This document shows, one piece after another, positions 24,218 to 36,856 of a DNA stretch of 64,000 nucleotides (within the stretch, counting starts at the first letter, position 1; every line of letters begins with the position of its first letter). The stretch is taken from NCBI GenBank assembly GCA_965603825.1, contig CBFDEM010000006.1, forward strand, positions 124,001 to 188,000, read 5' to 3'. The translations under genes and the position numbers were made by a program. The notes under the pieces were generated by a model, which had not been told where the DNA came from, did not search any database, and saw nothing but the letters and a program-made list of their open reading frames with translations. Origin of the DNA: Blepharisma stoltei ATCC 30299 (lineage: Eukaryota > Protista > Ciliophora).

Positions 24218-26944
24218 ATGGTAAACTTTTGTCCAAAGAAGCCACTAATTGCAAGGAGGACTGTTGTCATTTATTTAGTCTATTGGATGATATTTCTCTA
24301 TGTGATCTATTCTTTTAGCGCCGATAACAAACCTCAAAGTTTTGAGGTTGAGTGCATGAACTCTCAACTTGGGATAGAAATTTCAAAGCCAAACTTTTTA
24401 GACAAAGACTTAAGGACAAAAAATCCTGAACAAAGCGAAAATTCAAGAAAAGAAAATGAGTCTAGCAACCAAATAAGCATGGATGACCTCGTCATACTAT
24501 GTAAAAATCAAGATAAAAAAGATAAAAAAATCTCCAACCTTTCTTCAAACTTAATTAAATGGCACAATCCTCAAGACCTTAATATCACCCAAGCATTTTT
24601 TGAGCGAAATATAGATTTTTCTAGCCTCTCAAGCGAATGTGTCCCATTAATAGAGGGATATACATCTAAACAGGAAGCCTTATTATTTGGCTCAAATGTG
24701 CATTTTGAAAAATGTATAGCCAAAGACTTCCCTTTTATTTTTTATAATGAGTCTATTAAGTAAGAATTATTTAGAAAAGTTGAAATGAACTGCACAGATA
24801 AAATCGCAAGGTACGCCCTTGGGAATTCTCCAAATGAAGAAATATTTGGACCTTTCAAGAGTGACCTTATATGAAAAAATTATTCTGAGCCTTTTGAAAT
24901 TGGAGACACAGAATTTGTTTTCGGAAGCTGCGGGAGCAGTCACCAAGCAATTCTTATTAATAAGAAAAATGAAAAAGCAGCAGAAAGAGCTATTAAAAAA
25001 ACAAAACAGCTAAACTCCATGATGAAAAACGATAAATCACGTCCACTTTCTGTATTTTTAATTATTGTTGATTCTGTATCTAGGCAGCACTTTTATAGAA
25101 GTTTCCCTCAGACTATTGATTTTCTTAACAAAGAAATTGTAGAGGGAAAATATAAAAACTACATAGCAGGCTATGATTTTTCTGTAAATAATGCGAATGG
25201 AGAAAACACATATCCCAATATGATACCTATGCTTTTTGGCCATAACCAAACAATACATAAAAGTCTGTTAAAAGGCGAATATTACCAGCTTGACTGAAGC
25301 GAACAAAAATATGCTGAAATCCAGAAATCAGCTATATGAAAACATTTTGAAAATTATGGCTTTGTTACAGCATTTGCTTATGAAACTATATGAGACTTCA
25401 TGACAAAAGGCCTAGGCAAGAAAATTTTAACTGATCACCGTATTTCTAAATTTGTTAGCACAGGAGCTCCTCTCTTTGATTTTGTCGATAGTTCTAAAAA
25501 ACGGAGATGCTATGGCGTAAAAGATCTTCACAGGCATATTTTTGATTATTCCTTGCAATTTTTACAAAATTACTCTAAAATCAACAAATTTATGTATATG
25601 CATTTATCTGCTGGCCATGAAGACACTGGATTAGTTGTACGGACGGTTGATCCAGATTTAGTTTACTTGCTAAATGAGATTTTTTCATACTTCTCTCAGA
25701 ACACTGATGAAGATTTTGCAATATTACTTGGATCTGATCATGGAAGGCACGTTGGGAACTGAGATATAACAAAAGAAGGACAGTATGAAAATAAATTGCC
25801 ATTCCAGTTTCTGTTTACAAATAGCGACCTCATTAAAAAAATGGGCCCAAGAACCGACTCAATTTTACAAACAAATACAAAAAGACTTGCAGGAAAATTT
25901 GATTGGCATTTAACATTAAAACATCTTGCCACAGTTCCATATGGGAGATTATCAATTAGCAGCCATATGTATCAAGAATGGAAAAAAAGTTTGCCAAGTC
26001 CTGCTTCTCATAGCGTCTTTTTAGAATCATCACCTATTGATAGAAAATGTAATGATTTAGATATACCAGCCTATCTTTGCTCCTGCATCCAATGAACAGT
26101 ATTGGAAGAAGGAGAAGGAGATTGGGACCAAATTGTTCCAAAACTTGCAAATCAAGGGATATCTTCAATTAATAAGAGAAAGAAACTTGCTGACTCTTCA
26201 GAATATTGCATCGATGTATCTTTAGACAAAATAATATTTTCAAAAGAGCACCAAATAAAAGATGAAAATCTACAAAATAGAGAATTCATCACCAGAATCA
26301 GCCTTAAAGAAGACCAAAAAATGGTATTTGAACTGTATAGCTATTTTGCTCAGTATAGTGAATTTATGGCTTATAAAATCCACACGAATTCAGGGATAAA
26401 CCCAATAAATGAAACGGAATTCACAATACGGCATACAGGCCATACAATACAAGCACAATATCAGCTATTCAATATTTCTAGAGTTGATAATAGGACTGAA
26501 GACTTGTGTGAAATAGTTTCAGTGGCTCGAGGGATGGAGCCTGGATTTTGTGCCTGCAAAAAACCGAAAAATATTGATTTGATTGACTATCCTCAGCTGG
26601 CAGTTTTATATTTTAGGCTGAAAAAGAAATTCAGCATTGTCATTGGAGAAGAAGGAATGAGCTGTGAAGATACTTGCAGTCTAGAAAATAAAGAATGCAG
26701 CTTATGAGGCTTAGAATTAATAAATTCCAAGCAAATATTGGAAGGGTCATATTTTGATCCAACGTCAAAGTACTTTTTGAGAGATAATAGAATGGTAGCA
26801 TATGAAGAATTATATATTGAAGAAGTCGAAGAAAGCCAAATGATTGGGATTGAAGGGAACACCCTGCATTTAGCACAAGAATCATCATTATCTTGCAAGA
26901 CTTCAATGCCTAGTGTTTCACCTATTTGCCCTTGCAAAATATAA
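24218..26944 (+). CDS. DUF229 / alkaline-phosphatase(sulfatase)-superfamily type II membrane protein (~903 aa) with Cys-rich C-terminal domain
   Basis: Single frame with an intron at 24760-24774 and 7 TGA(Trp). N-terminal TM; IVDSVSRQHFYRSFPQT, ENTYPN, IWKHFENYGFVTA, SDHG, ENKLP, DWHLTLKHL, IPAYLCSC. Confidence 0.82.
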
Positions 26945-27214
26945 GCTTTATTATTATTTCTTACTAAATAAAAGAAAAATATTAATTCTGATCAAATTAT
27001 TTAAAAATTATGGCTGAGGGTGTCTAATAAAAAGTTAATTTTTATCCTTTTTATGAAAATAGAAGAAGCTTCTACATAAAAATATATCTTAAATTATTTT
27101 TTAAGCACAGATTAAGTATGAGATATTTATATTCATGGCAAAATCATGCGAGTCTCCATAATTTTTGAAAATATGTTGACATTATGATCAGTCCTGATTT
27201 TCAAATAATTTATT

Positions 27215-28315
<1,101 letters not shown>

Positions 28316-28721
28316 ATCTTAACAAAATGTATTATTAATGTAATCATAGTTCAATAAAATTTAAATTTAAGAGTAAAAATTCTATAAATTTAAAATAAAA
28401 ACTATTTTATAAAAGCTAAGCCCTTCGTTGTTAAAATTTCCTTTTATTAAATTGTATTTTGCTAATGATTGCTGCAATTTTAATTTATCATATTGAGTAT
28501 CAGATATATATATGCTATCTCATCAAACGCTAGCGTGGGACTGCTGAAGAAACAAGTCAATTGCTTAATATTTGTCTTGGCAAAATGTTGCTATTTCAAT
28601 TATTACATTAAATCTAAAATTTAATTTTTCATCATATATCAGAATTATAACTAATTTCTTTAAAATTTTTATCAATACAGTTTCATAATTATAAAACGCT
28701 TTTAAAGCAAAAAAATTTTAA

Positions 28722-31061
28722 TTATAAGAAGTATAACGACCTTGTGTTTTGCCAATGCTGATGAGGAATAGGCGGACCTTGCTGGTTAGCTCTTTCTCCA
28801 TACTGATAAGCAAGCTTATGTGCATACTGACAAGGAGCTGGAACTCTAATCGATCCACTCCAATTATAATACGAGTAGCACAGTCTATACGCTAATTGTT
28901 CTACTTCTTCAGCTCTAGCTCCCGAGTTATCATACACAACAGTGAAATAAGTCGGAGTCATTGCGCCTTGAGTTGCTTTGGCTGGCATGACATAGAAGTC
29001 ATATCCGCTTTTATCAATTACCATTCTATCAATACATGTACCTAGAGGTGGATTATTAATCCTCCCTCCTTGGTTGTGATAAAATCTTGCATTAATTCTT
29101 TTATTCACAACGATAAAGATGAGTTTGGGCTCGTCCATTTGAGGGTTTTCATCTTTGAGTCTTTTAAAAGCTTGCTTCATTTGAGGAATTTCGCCATTGA
29201 GGAGGACTTTGATTTGGGAGTCTGAAACACCGTCTCTAAAGACACAGACCCTTCTTGGGAAAATTCCGTTTTCTGCTTTAAATTGGCTTAAAGCTTGGTA
29301 AGTGCATTCAGCTATTTTTGCAGCAGGCTCTTCGCCAGGGTTGTTGACTTTAGGACAAGAAACGTAGCGGCCAAAGTTGCTGTCAGTTGTGGCACAGAAG
29401 CCAAGGACACTGTGAGAGCCTCGCTTTGTGAAGACGTCAATTCCTACTATCATTGTAGGCTGGTCTGTAAGAGGCAGCCCTTGCATCGCCCATGGGATCC
29501 CGCCTGCTTTGGCGTTGATCTGCATCATGACTTTGTTTACTACAGATCTGAGGCCTTTGTCTTTTTTCAAAGTTCCGTTTAAGATGCATTGGCTTGGGAC
29601 AGGAAGCTGTGAAAAAGTAAGGCGCTTAAGGTCGTCATAAAGCCTCGATTTTCCTCTTTGGCCTGGTAATACACAGACTATCATCTGCACCTGAGGGTTT
29701 AGAGATTCTTTGAGCTTTTGGTCCCAGTCATTCCACCTGTCAGATTTTACTCCAAACATGGCTGGCTTTTGGCAGTTTACCTTATAAGTCCCAATAACTT
29801 GTTGCATTACAGTCATGAACTGATCGATAAGCCTTTTATCATTTTCGCAGTAAAATATACCCCAGCGGTCTAATGGAGGCTGCTGGAACATGGTGTTCTG
29901 CACGTCACGATCAAAGCTTCCGTTTTGCTCATTGATCTTAAAAGAGTTGCCACCTCCCATCATGATGTTTCCTGCAGGCAAAACGTAGCCATCAAATCCG
30001 GCCGGGTCTGGGGTGATGTTGACCCTCCATTCATTGATTTCAGCATTTGTCCTAGGGTTGTCCTTGAGGGCTTTGATGAGGCCGCCAGACTCTTGAAGTC
30101 TGCTTTGAGGCTCTTTTTTGGTCGCATTAGCCATATCCTTCATGATGTTGAAGTCAGCTCTGATTTCGTCAGTCAGGCCCGTCATAACGCAGAATTCAGG
30201 AATCAAGTAGCAATCTAAGGTTTTGGTTTTTGACAGGAGGAGTGGCTGGTCATCATGAGCGATTGGCTTTTGCCACCTTCTTTCGTAGTATTCTTTATAA
30301 GAACATTGTCCACCTGCCTTGTCTGCAAAGGTACTGAGAGGGCTTGAGTCCCAGTCGATATCGTCAATTCTGTAATTTTTCTTATTATAGAGGGTCAGCA
30401 CAATAGCGCCAATTAACAGCTTCATGACTGCTTGTCTGAAATCTGTGTTTGGCTTGTTTCTGAGTTCCATGATTTGGTCATACAAGGTGATAGTCCTCAA
30501 GCATCTGTGAGAGATATCGATATTGATCATGACCCCGCCTTCATAGCTTCCAATAGAGGATGCATACCCAGGCCATATGCTCATCTTGTGCTGAGGCAAG
30601 TCAATAGCTCGGTCTGGGTTATAGAACTTTCTGCCGATCATGACTAAGCTGAGCTTTCCTTGCACTGAGTTAAAAAATTTATTGTAGAAGTGCCTTGTTT
30701 CTTCTTGACTTTCAACCCGTCCAACAGGTTGAAGAGTAATAGTGTAATCTGTATTGTCATAGTTCACTGTATAAGTTTGGCTTGCATCTCCACCTCCTGA
30801 GTTTGACTGGGCTGCATAAATTGCTGTGTTAGCAAATACATACTTTCCAATGACTGGGACAATCTGAGCACTTGCTTTTCTGAGGACTTTTTCACGGTGC
30901 TTTCCAAGGGATGCTGCAATGTCAGGATTGAAGAAGACTGCATACTTCTGGATGATGTCAGTGCCTGCAGCTAGATTGAATTTGAAGAAGTTGCCGTAGA
31001 GGGGAATTGGGGTTCCAAGTTGGCAGTAATTAGGACGAATAGCTGGTTGGAGTATTTCCAT
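28722..31061 (-). CDS. PIWI: Piwi-clade Argonaute (PAZ-MID-PIWI), 779 aa
   Basis: PAZ (LTLYNKKNYRIDDIDW, YKEYY, LIPEFC), MID (YDDLK, PSQC, QINAK), PIWI with catalytic-type residues GID, FRDGV and CQYAHKLA. Intronless. Confidence 0.97.
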   Translation of the reverse strand: MEILQPAIRPNYCQLGTPIPLYGNFFKFNLAAGTDIIQKYAVFFNPDIAASLGKHREKVLRKASAQIVPVIGKYVFANTAIYAAQSNSGGGDASQTYTVNYDNTDYTITLQPVGRVESQEETRHFYNKFFNSVQGKLSLVMIGRKFYNPDRAIDLPQHKMSIWPGYASSIGSYEGGVMINIDISHRCLRTITLYDQIMELRNKPNTDFRQAVMKLLIGAIVLTLYNKKNYRIDDIDWDSSPLSTFADKAGGQCSYKEYYERRWQKPIAHDDQPLLLSKTKTLDCYLIPEFCVMTGLTDEIRADFNIMKDMANATKKEPQSRLQESGGLIKALKDNPRTNAEINEWRVNITPDPAGFDGYVLPAGNIMMGGGNSFKINEQNGSFDRDVQNTMFQQPPLDRWGIFYCENDKRLIDQFMTVMQQVIGTYKVNCQKPAMFGVKSDRWNDWDQKLKESLNPQVQMIVCVLPGQRGKSRLYDDLKRLTFSQLPVPSQCILNGTLKKDKGLRSVVNKVMMQINAKAGGIPWAMQGLPLTDQPTMIVGIDVFTKRGSHSVLGFCATTDSNFGRYVSCPKVNNPGEEPAAKIAECTYQALSQFKAENGIFPRRVCVFRDGVSDSQIKVLLNGEIPQMKQAFKRLKDENPQMDEPKLIFIVVNKRINARFYHNQGGRINNPPLGTCIDRMVIDKSGYDFYVMPAKATQGAMTPTYFTVVYDNSGARAEEVEQLAYRLCYSYYNWSGSIRVPAPCQYAHKLAYQYGERANQQGPPIPHQHWQNTRSLYFL

Positions 31062-31197
31062 TATGTTTATTAAACAATAGCGGCCTCGCTATTTATAGTT
31101 TCGGGGGGCCTGCTAAAATATAATAAATCTGCAGGATAAAAATTTGGGTTTCTCAGCCATTTTATAAGTATGAGCCCAAATTGTGTTTTATAAAACT

Positions 31198-32565
31198 ATG
31201 GATTTAGAATTGACGATTATATGACTTGCTGCTTCAACGCTAATCGCTCTTGGATATATCGTTTACACTCAAAATGATTTTATAAAATTAATACACAGAA
31301 AACGTGCTGAAAAAGGTCAGCATGCCATAACTGATGATGGGCAGTCAATCGATATGCCTAGAAAACGGCAAAAATTGGACGAATCGTTATCTGAAGAGCC
31401 AGAAGATGAAAAAATTATCACAAAAGGATTTGAGGAATCTGACGAAAGGAGTCTACAAGTGATAAATTCTCAAAACGACACGAGCGTAGAAGATTTCGTT
31501 GAAGAAATTTGCCAAGATACTCAAGTCGAGCTGCCAATGAAGAGAGAATATGACTTAGCCTCTTCTTTTAACAAAAAAGCTGAATTTTATAGTCATCTGA
31601 AAGACGACATGCCAACTCAGATCCAAAAACTTAATGAGAGCTTGGCAAGACCCAACGGCCGACAGCTTTATATACACTCCAATTTCAAAGATTACTCACT
31701 CTACCCATTTGAAGAATATTACCAATGTGAAACCCAAAAAGAGAAAAATGAAAAAAATTATGTTTATAGTCAATCATTTGTCAGATATTCTGAAGAAATT
31801 GATTTCTCAGTCCAAAAGCATGTAGACTTCAATTGCTTTAAAAATTGGAAGCTAAAACGAAAGGCTGAGCTGAAAAAAGAGCTTGAGTTCGAGAAGCCTG
31901 CAATAATCCCAGAAGAAAAATCAAGCAAAAATAAATTCAGAAGCGATATAGGTGATATAAGCTCCCCATCACTTTTATCAGCTTTATATGATAAGAATGA
32001 AGATGTATGAAGCAAAGCAAATTATAATAGCTATAAGAGTAATAGCAATATTAAAGAAATTGTGACAAAAAACTCAGTTTCTAGAAAAGACATTAGAAAG
32101 ATAGATGAAGGCAATAAACTTGCGATAAAAATTGATCATAAAAGTACAGAAGATAAAACAGCATGCTGGACTCCAGCAACTCCAACTTTTAACCGTAAAA
32201 ATCCAATAAATGTTGAGGAGACATGTAGTGCTGATGGGCTGATAAAAGAAGCAAAAACTGCTGCGAGCTCTGAGCAAGAAACAAGTAAAATTTCAAAGAC
32301 TTTTGGTTCTTCAGCAAAATTCCCTTCAAATGATAATTCTACTGAAAAATCAGCAGCATCGTTAAATTCTTCACACTCAATTAGTCCTTTTAGCACTCAT
32401 CCACAGAACTCTAAGCTGGAAGATCTCAAAATAAAATTTGCATTACATCAAGATGCTCCAAGTCCTTTTTCTGGCAGCTACCAATTTAAAGATTCCATTT
32501 TTTCGCCTTTAAACCCAACATCTCAAGCCTCATTTGTATCAAACCCTCTGTTAACACCTAAGTAA
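31198..32565 (+). CDS. Hypothetical protein (~455 aa): N-terminal TM, basic NLS-like motif, Ser-rich tail
   Basis: ATG at 31198 (MDLELTIIWLAASTLIALGYIVY). In frame through two TGA with both track ORFs; PRKRQKL motif. Confidence 0.75.
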
Positions 32566-32588
32566 AATTATTATATTAATTCTTTTGG

Positions 32589-33386
32589 TTAGCTTTGTTT
32601 TACTTTATAAAATTTCGCCACAATTGTTTTGACTCCTTTGCTCATAATCATACTCAATGCTATATAAAGCAGCGATTTATGATGCTCACAAACCCACGAT
32701 GTCGATCCTTCATGGCATTTAATTAACCCCATCAGCCCTAAAAATAAAACAAAAGAAAAACAGACATATAACACCCATGTCAAAATCCCTGTCCATTTGA
32801 CTTCCCGCTTAACTCCTTTCTGCCTAAATATCACTATATCTAACTCACTCTCTTTTGCTTTTACATATAGCAAATATTCAGGCTCAGCCTGTGGGAGAGT
32901 GCATACAAAATCTTTCCCTATAAAGACATGCCAAAAATGGTCTTCATAATCAATAAGTTTTGCTTTAATTAATTCGCATGCTTTTGTTGTGTCTTTGTAA
33001 TCGGCTTTGCTTAAAAAGCTTATTATTTCGTCAAGCATTTCTTTGTCCTTGATGGTTGACTTCACAGTTGTGATTTTTGATGTGGATTCTTCGTCATTTT
33101 TAAAAGGAGGAGGAATAAAAGAACTGAAATCACTGTGTGGGGGCGTGTAAATCAGAAATTTTACTTCTTTTTCGCCTGGCTTTGTGACGCCGAATAGACC
33201 AGAACTCTTTGTAGCGCGGCTAATGGAATATGCAAATGACTTTCCTGCAACCACAACCCATAGGTCTGGAATTAATCGCTTTAGAATGTCTCTGATTTCA
33301 ACAGTGTCAGTTGTTTGTTTAAGGACTTGGATGATGCTTTCTTTGGTTTCTTTAGAAAAAGTGCTATTGATTACTCTGACATTCAT
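32589..33386 (-). CDS. Protein with two dynein light chain LC8-like domains and C-terminal TM helices
   Basis: LWVVVAGKSF and FWHVFIGKDF resemble the LC8 WHCIVGRNF motif. Hydrophobic segments ILTWVLYVCFSFVLFLGLMGLI and LLYIALSMIM. Confidence 0.7.
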   Translation of the reverse strand: MNVRVINSTFSKETKESIIQVLKQTTDTVEIRDILKRLIPDLWVVVAGKSFAYSISRATKSSGLFGVTKPGEKEVKFLIYTPPHSDFSSFIPPPFKNDEESTSKITTVKSTIKDKEMLDEIISFLSKADYKDTTKACELIKAKLIDYEDHFWHVFIGKDFVCTLPQAEPEYLLYVKAKESELDIVIFRQKGVKREVKWTGILTWVLYVCFSFVLFLGLMGLIKCHEGSTSWVCEHHKSLLYIALSMIMSKGVKTIVAKFYKVKQS

Positions 33387-33598
33387 TATTTGTTTAAATA
33401 TCTATTAAAACAAAGGAACTAATCAATGTTTCTTTGCTTAAAATCAATAGTGAAACTCCTTTGATATATCACAAATTTGTGCTTAATTCTGATTAAATTA
33501 TATTTTAGCTCTTTAGCATTTACTTCGATAATCGCATAAGCTCAAGAATTTATAATAAACTAAAAATTAATTTAAGTCTTCTATTAAGATAATTGTAA

Positions 33599-34310
33599 AT
33601 GTCAGAACAAATACTTCATTTTAAAGTATCCTACGCAAAGCAGATGATAGATATAGAAATCAGCCCTGAGGAGCCTATTACTAACTTGAAACAATTTTTA
33701 GAGTCCAAAACAGGAGTCCCAGTCCCCATGCAGAAATTATTTTTTAAAGGTAAGTTTCCAATCAGGACCAATTAAAGATGATACACAGCCAATAGGCTCT
33801 TTAAACATAAAAGCAAATGCAAAATTAATGCTAATTGGCTCGACTGCCTCAGAAATCTCAGCAACTTCCTCAGCAAGGCCAATCGCTTTTACAGAAGAAC
33901 GTAATGATTATCTAGAAAAATATATGATTCCGACTGATGATATTTCAGCAGAGCAAAGGCGTGTAATTGAAAAAGGCCCCCCATCTGATGCTATCCCTGC
34001 TGCAACTATGAATACCCGCTCTCCTGATACAATTCCTGGACTCTATAATCATGTTGGTCACCCAGTCCGAGTAACAATAAAGAGAGATCTTGACCAGCTT
34101 TGGGTAGCTTCGACCACAAAAACACAAAAAATCCCATTTGCGTCAATATCAGATATTACTTCTCAGCCCATCCTGCAGTATCCTGGATACTTAATTGTGA
34201 CTTTGCATTTTGGGAAAACGAATAGAGCAAATCTGTATTTTTTCCCAGCGCAATACTTCCGAAGCTTTAAAGACTCAATTTGTGCATTTTTTGGGGAGAG
34301 TTATGATTAA
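33599..34310 (+). CDS. UBFD1: Ubiquitin domain-containing protein UBFD1-like
   Basis: N-terminal UBL (LESKTGVPVPMQKLFFKG; 16-nt intron at 33750-33765; KLMLIGS). C-terminal domain VIEKGPP, GLYNHVGHPVRVT, DQLWV, FPAQY. Confidence 0.85.
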
Positions 34311-34329
34311 TCAATTAATTGAACATTAG

Positions 34330-35568
34330 CTACTTAATAAATAGATTTTGTTCTTCTGACTTCAGCCATCTCAGCAGCTGGTTAACGCTTTGCACTACAC
34401 TTGCACTCGAAATAAGAGGTGATATCGATCCAAGCAAGGTATATTCTGGCTGTCTTATGCACACGATTTGCTCATTTCTATAAATATCAATTCGGACATA
34501 ATATCCTTTGAAGTATTCTGCACATTTCGAAAGCTTAAAAGCAGAATAATATCTTCTCAGAGTTTTCTTATAACATTCAATAGGAATTTCAGCCAAAATC
34601 GTCCTTGTTGATGGATAAAAACTTGGCATGGAATATTGATCTCCTTTAGGCATATACAAAAAATGCTTAAAATCGGCTGCTTCACAAGTAGTGATTGAGT
34701 ATGGCATCATTCTTATAGCATCCATCAGGACAGGGATAAGGCTCACAATTTCTTTTTCAATCCCGTCTGCACAAAATTTAAGATCTTTAAAAGCACTCGC
34801 ATTATCTGATATCAATATAATTCCTATCTTCGTGTCCTGAATAAAAGTGATATAAGCATACACAAATCCTTCATTATTATAATTAGGAAGACAAATCGGA
34901 GTCCAAGACATAGTCGACCTCAATGAAGCATAAGAAGTCAGCAAATTAGTCAGCAAAAATATATCAATTGGGTGGATTTGCTCCCCTCTTCTGCAGTACT
35001 TGTAAATCATGAACTCAGGGGTCATTAGGAATCCATACAAGATATCCTCGTGATTGCTGTTTTTAAATGCTTGGCTGATTTGAGACCGCTGAGATATTGG
35101 CATCCTCACCGGCATGAATCCTTCAAGAAAACAAGGACTTATAGCACTTGTCCGGATTAAGGTGTCAAGTGCATCGTGAGTTCCTCCCATAAGGTTTCCT
35201 ACGTCAAATCCAGGGCGGCTTAGTAAAGTCTGTGTAATGCTGCTTGTTAAAGTTGACAAAACTTTTGCATGCAGCATTTCTAATTGATGGTAGATAGATT
35301 CAATGCTGTCTTTACCTCTGGAAATACATACATAATATAAAGCTTCGGTGCACAAGATTACTATATATGTATCAGATGTGCGGAGATACCGCAAGGAGTC
35401 TTTAACACCATTATAATAGCTCTGAAATTTGAAGATAATTGCAGCCAATGCACCAATAAAAACTGCAAGGTCTGCACATTCGCCATATCGAGTCCAGACG
35501 GGTTTTCCTGCACTTGTGAGAACGTAGAAGAGCTTTTTCTTTTGGAAGGATTTAGCGTGTGGGTCCAT
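34330..35568 (-). CDS. MON1: Vacuolar fusion protein MON1 (Rab7 GEF subunit)
   Basis: VLTSAGKPVWTRYG, IHPIDIFLLTN, WTPICLPNYNNEGFVYAYI, C-terminal WLKSEEQNLF. Confidence 0.93.
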   Translation of the reverse strand: MDPHAKSFQKKKLFYVLTSAGKPVWTRYGECADLAVFIGALAAIIFKFQSYYNGVKDSLRYLRTSDTYIVILCTEALYYVCISRGKDSIESIYHQLEMLHAKVLSTLTSSITQTLLSRPGFDVGNLMGGTHDALDTLIRTSAISPCFLEGFMPVRMPISQRSQISQAFKNSNHEDILYGFLMTPEFMIYKYCRRGEQIHPIDIFLLTNLLTSYASLRSTMSWTPICLPNYNNEGFVYAYITFIQDTKIGIILISDNASAFKDLKFCADGIEKEIVSLIPVLMDAIRMMPYSITTCEAADFKHFLYMPKGDQYSMPSFYPSTRTILAEIPIECYKKTLRRYYSAFKLSKCAEYFKGYYVRIDIYRNEQIVCIRQPEYTLLGSISPLISSASVVQSVNQLLRWLKSEEQNLFIK

Positions 35569-35724
35569 TTATAAGGTTGAGATTAATAAAATTAAGCTTT
35601 GCATTTAGGTGAAAGTTTTAAAGTGGTAATCATTAAAGATTTTAAGTTAGGAAATGTGCAATTGTTACTCAAATTTTAAATGATATAGTTATTGATAAAT
35701 ACTGATTTAGAAATTAGTGTACAT

Positions 35725-36234
35725 TTATAGCTGACCGCAATCAGATATAGCGACTCTGTATTGAGGTCGCCCACTTTTGGTTCCTTGCTCTTCTATAGCT
35801 CTAACAACATTCATGCCTTCTACTACTCTACCAAAAACCACATGCTTTCCATTTAGCCACTCACAAGGAACTGTAGTGATGAAAAATTGGGATCCGTTCG
35901 TATTCATCCCTGCATTAGCCATTGCTAAAATCCCTGGAGCACTATGAAGGTTAATAAAATTCTCATCACTGAATTTCGGGCCATAAATACTTTCACCTCC
36001 AGTTCCATTTCCAACTGTAAAATCGCCTCCTTGAATCATAAACCCAGGAATTATTCTGTGAAAAATGCAACCTTTGTAATGCAGTGGCTTTCCTTTTATT
36101 CCTAAACCTCTTTCTCCAGTGCATAAAGCTCGGAAATTCTCAGAAGTGAGAGGAGTGTTGCTAAACAGTTCAAAAACAATTCTTCCACAAGGCTCATTAT
36201 CAATTTCGATGTCAAAGAAAACTCTTACTGCCAT
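35725..36234 (-). CDS. Cyclophilin A-type PPIase (copy 1)
   Basis: [44 protein letters not shown]. Confidence 0.97.
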   Translation of the reverse strand: MAVRVFFDIEIDNEPCGRIVFELFSNTPLTSENFRALCTGERGLGIKGKPLHYKGCIFHRIIPGFMIQGGDFTVGNGTGGESIYGPKFSDENFINLHSAPGILAMANAGMNTNGSQFFITTVPCEWLNGKHVVFGRVVEGMNVVRAIEEQGTKSGRPQYRVAISDCGQL

Positions 36235-36346
36235 TGTTTATTATTTGTGAAATGGATTTTTGCTATATTTAAGAAATATGCAATTGTTACTCAAATTTTA
36301 AATGATATAATTATTGATAAATACTAATTTATAAATTAGTTTGCAT

Positions 36347-36856
36347 TTATAGCTGGCCACAATCAGATATAACGACTCTATGTTGAGGTTGCCCACTTTT
36401 GGTTCCTTGCTGTTCCATAGCTCTAACAACCCTCATGCCTTCTACAACTCTTCCAAAAGCCACATGCCTTCCATCTAGCCAGTCACAAGGAACTGTAGTG
36501 ATGAAAAATTGCGATCCATTCATATTTTTCCCAGCATTAGCCATTGATAGAATCCCTGGAGCATTATGAAGGTTAATAAAATTCTCATCATCGAATTGTG
36601 GGCCATAAATACTATCACCTCCAGTTCCATTTCCAGCTGTAATATCCCCTCCTTGAATCATAAACCCAGGAATTATTCTGTGAAAAATGCAACCTTTGTA
36701 ATGCAGTGGCCTGTATTTTGAACCTATACCTCTTTCTCCAGTGCATAAAGCTCGGAAATTCTCAGAAGTGAGAGGAGTGTTGCTAAACAGTTCAAAAACA
36801 ATTCTTCCACAAGGCTCATTATCAATTTCGATGTCAAAGAAAACTCTTACTGCCAT
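36347..36856 (-). CDS. Cyclophilin A-type PPIase (copy 2)
   Basis: Same motifs; tandem paralog at offset 622. Confidence 0.97.
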   Translation of the reverse strand: MAVRVFFDIEIDNEPCGRIVFELFSNTPLTSENFRALCTGERGIGSKYRPLHYKGCIFHRIIPGFMIQGGDITAGNGTGGDSIYGPQFDDENFINLHNAPGILSMANAGKNMNGSQFFITTVPCDWLDGRHVAFGRVVEGMRVVRAMEQQGTKSGQPQHRVVISDCGQL

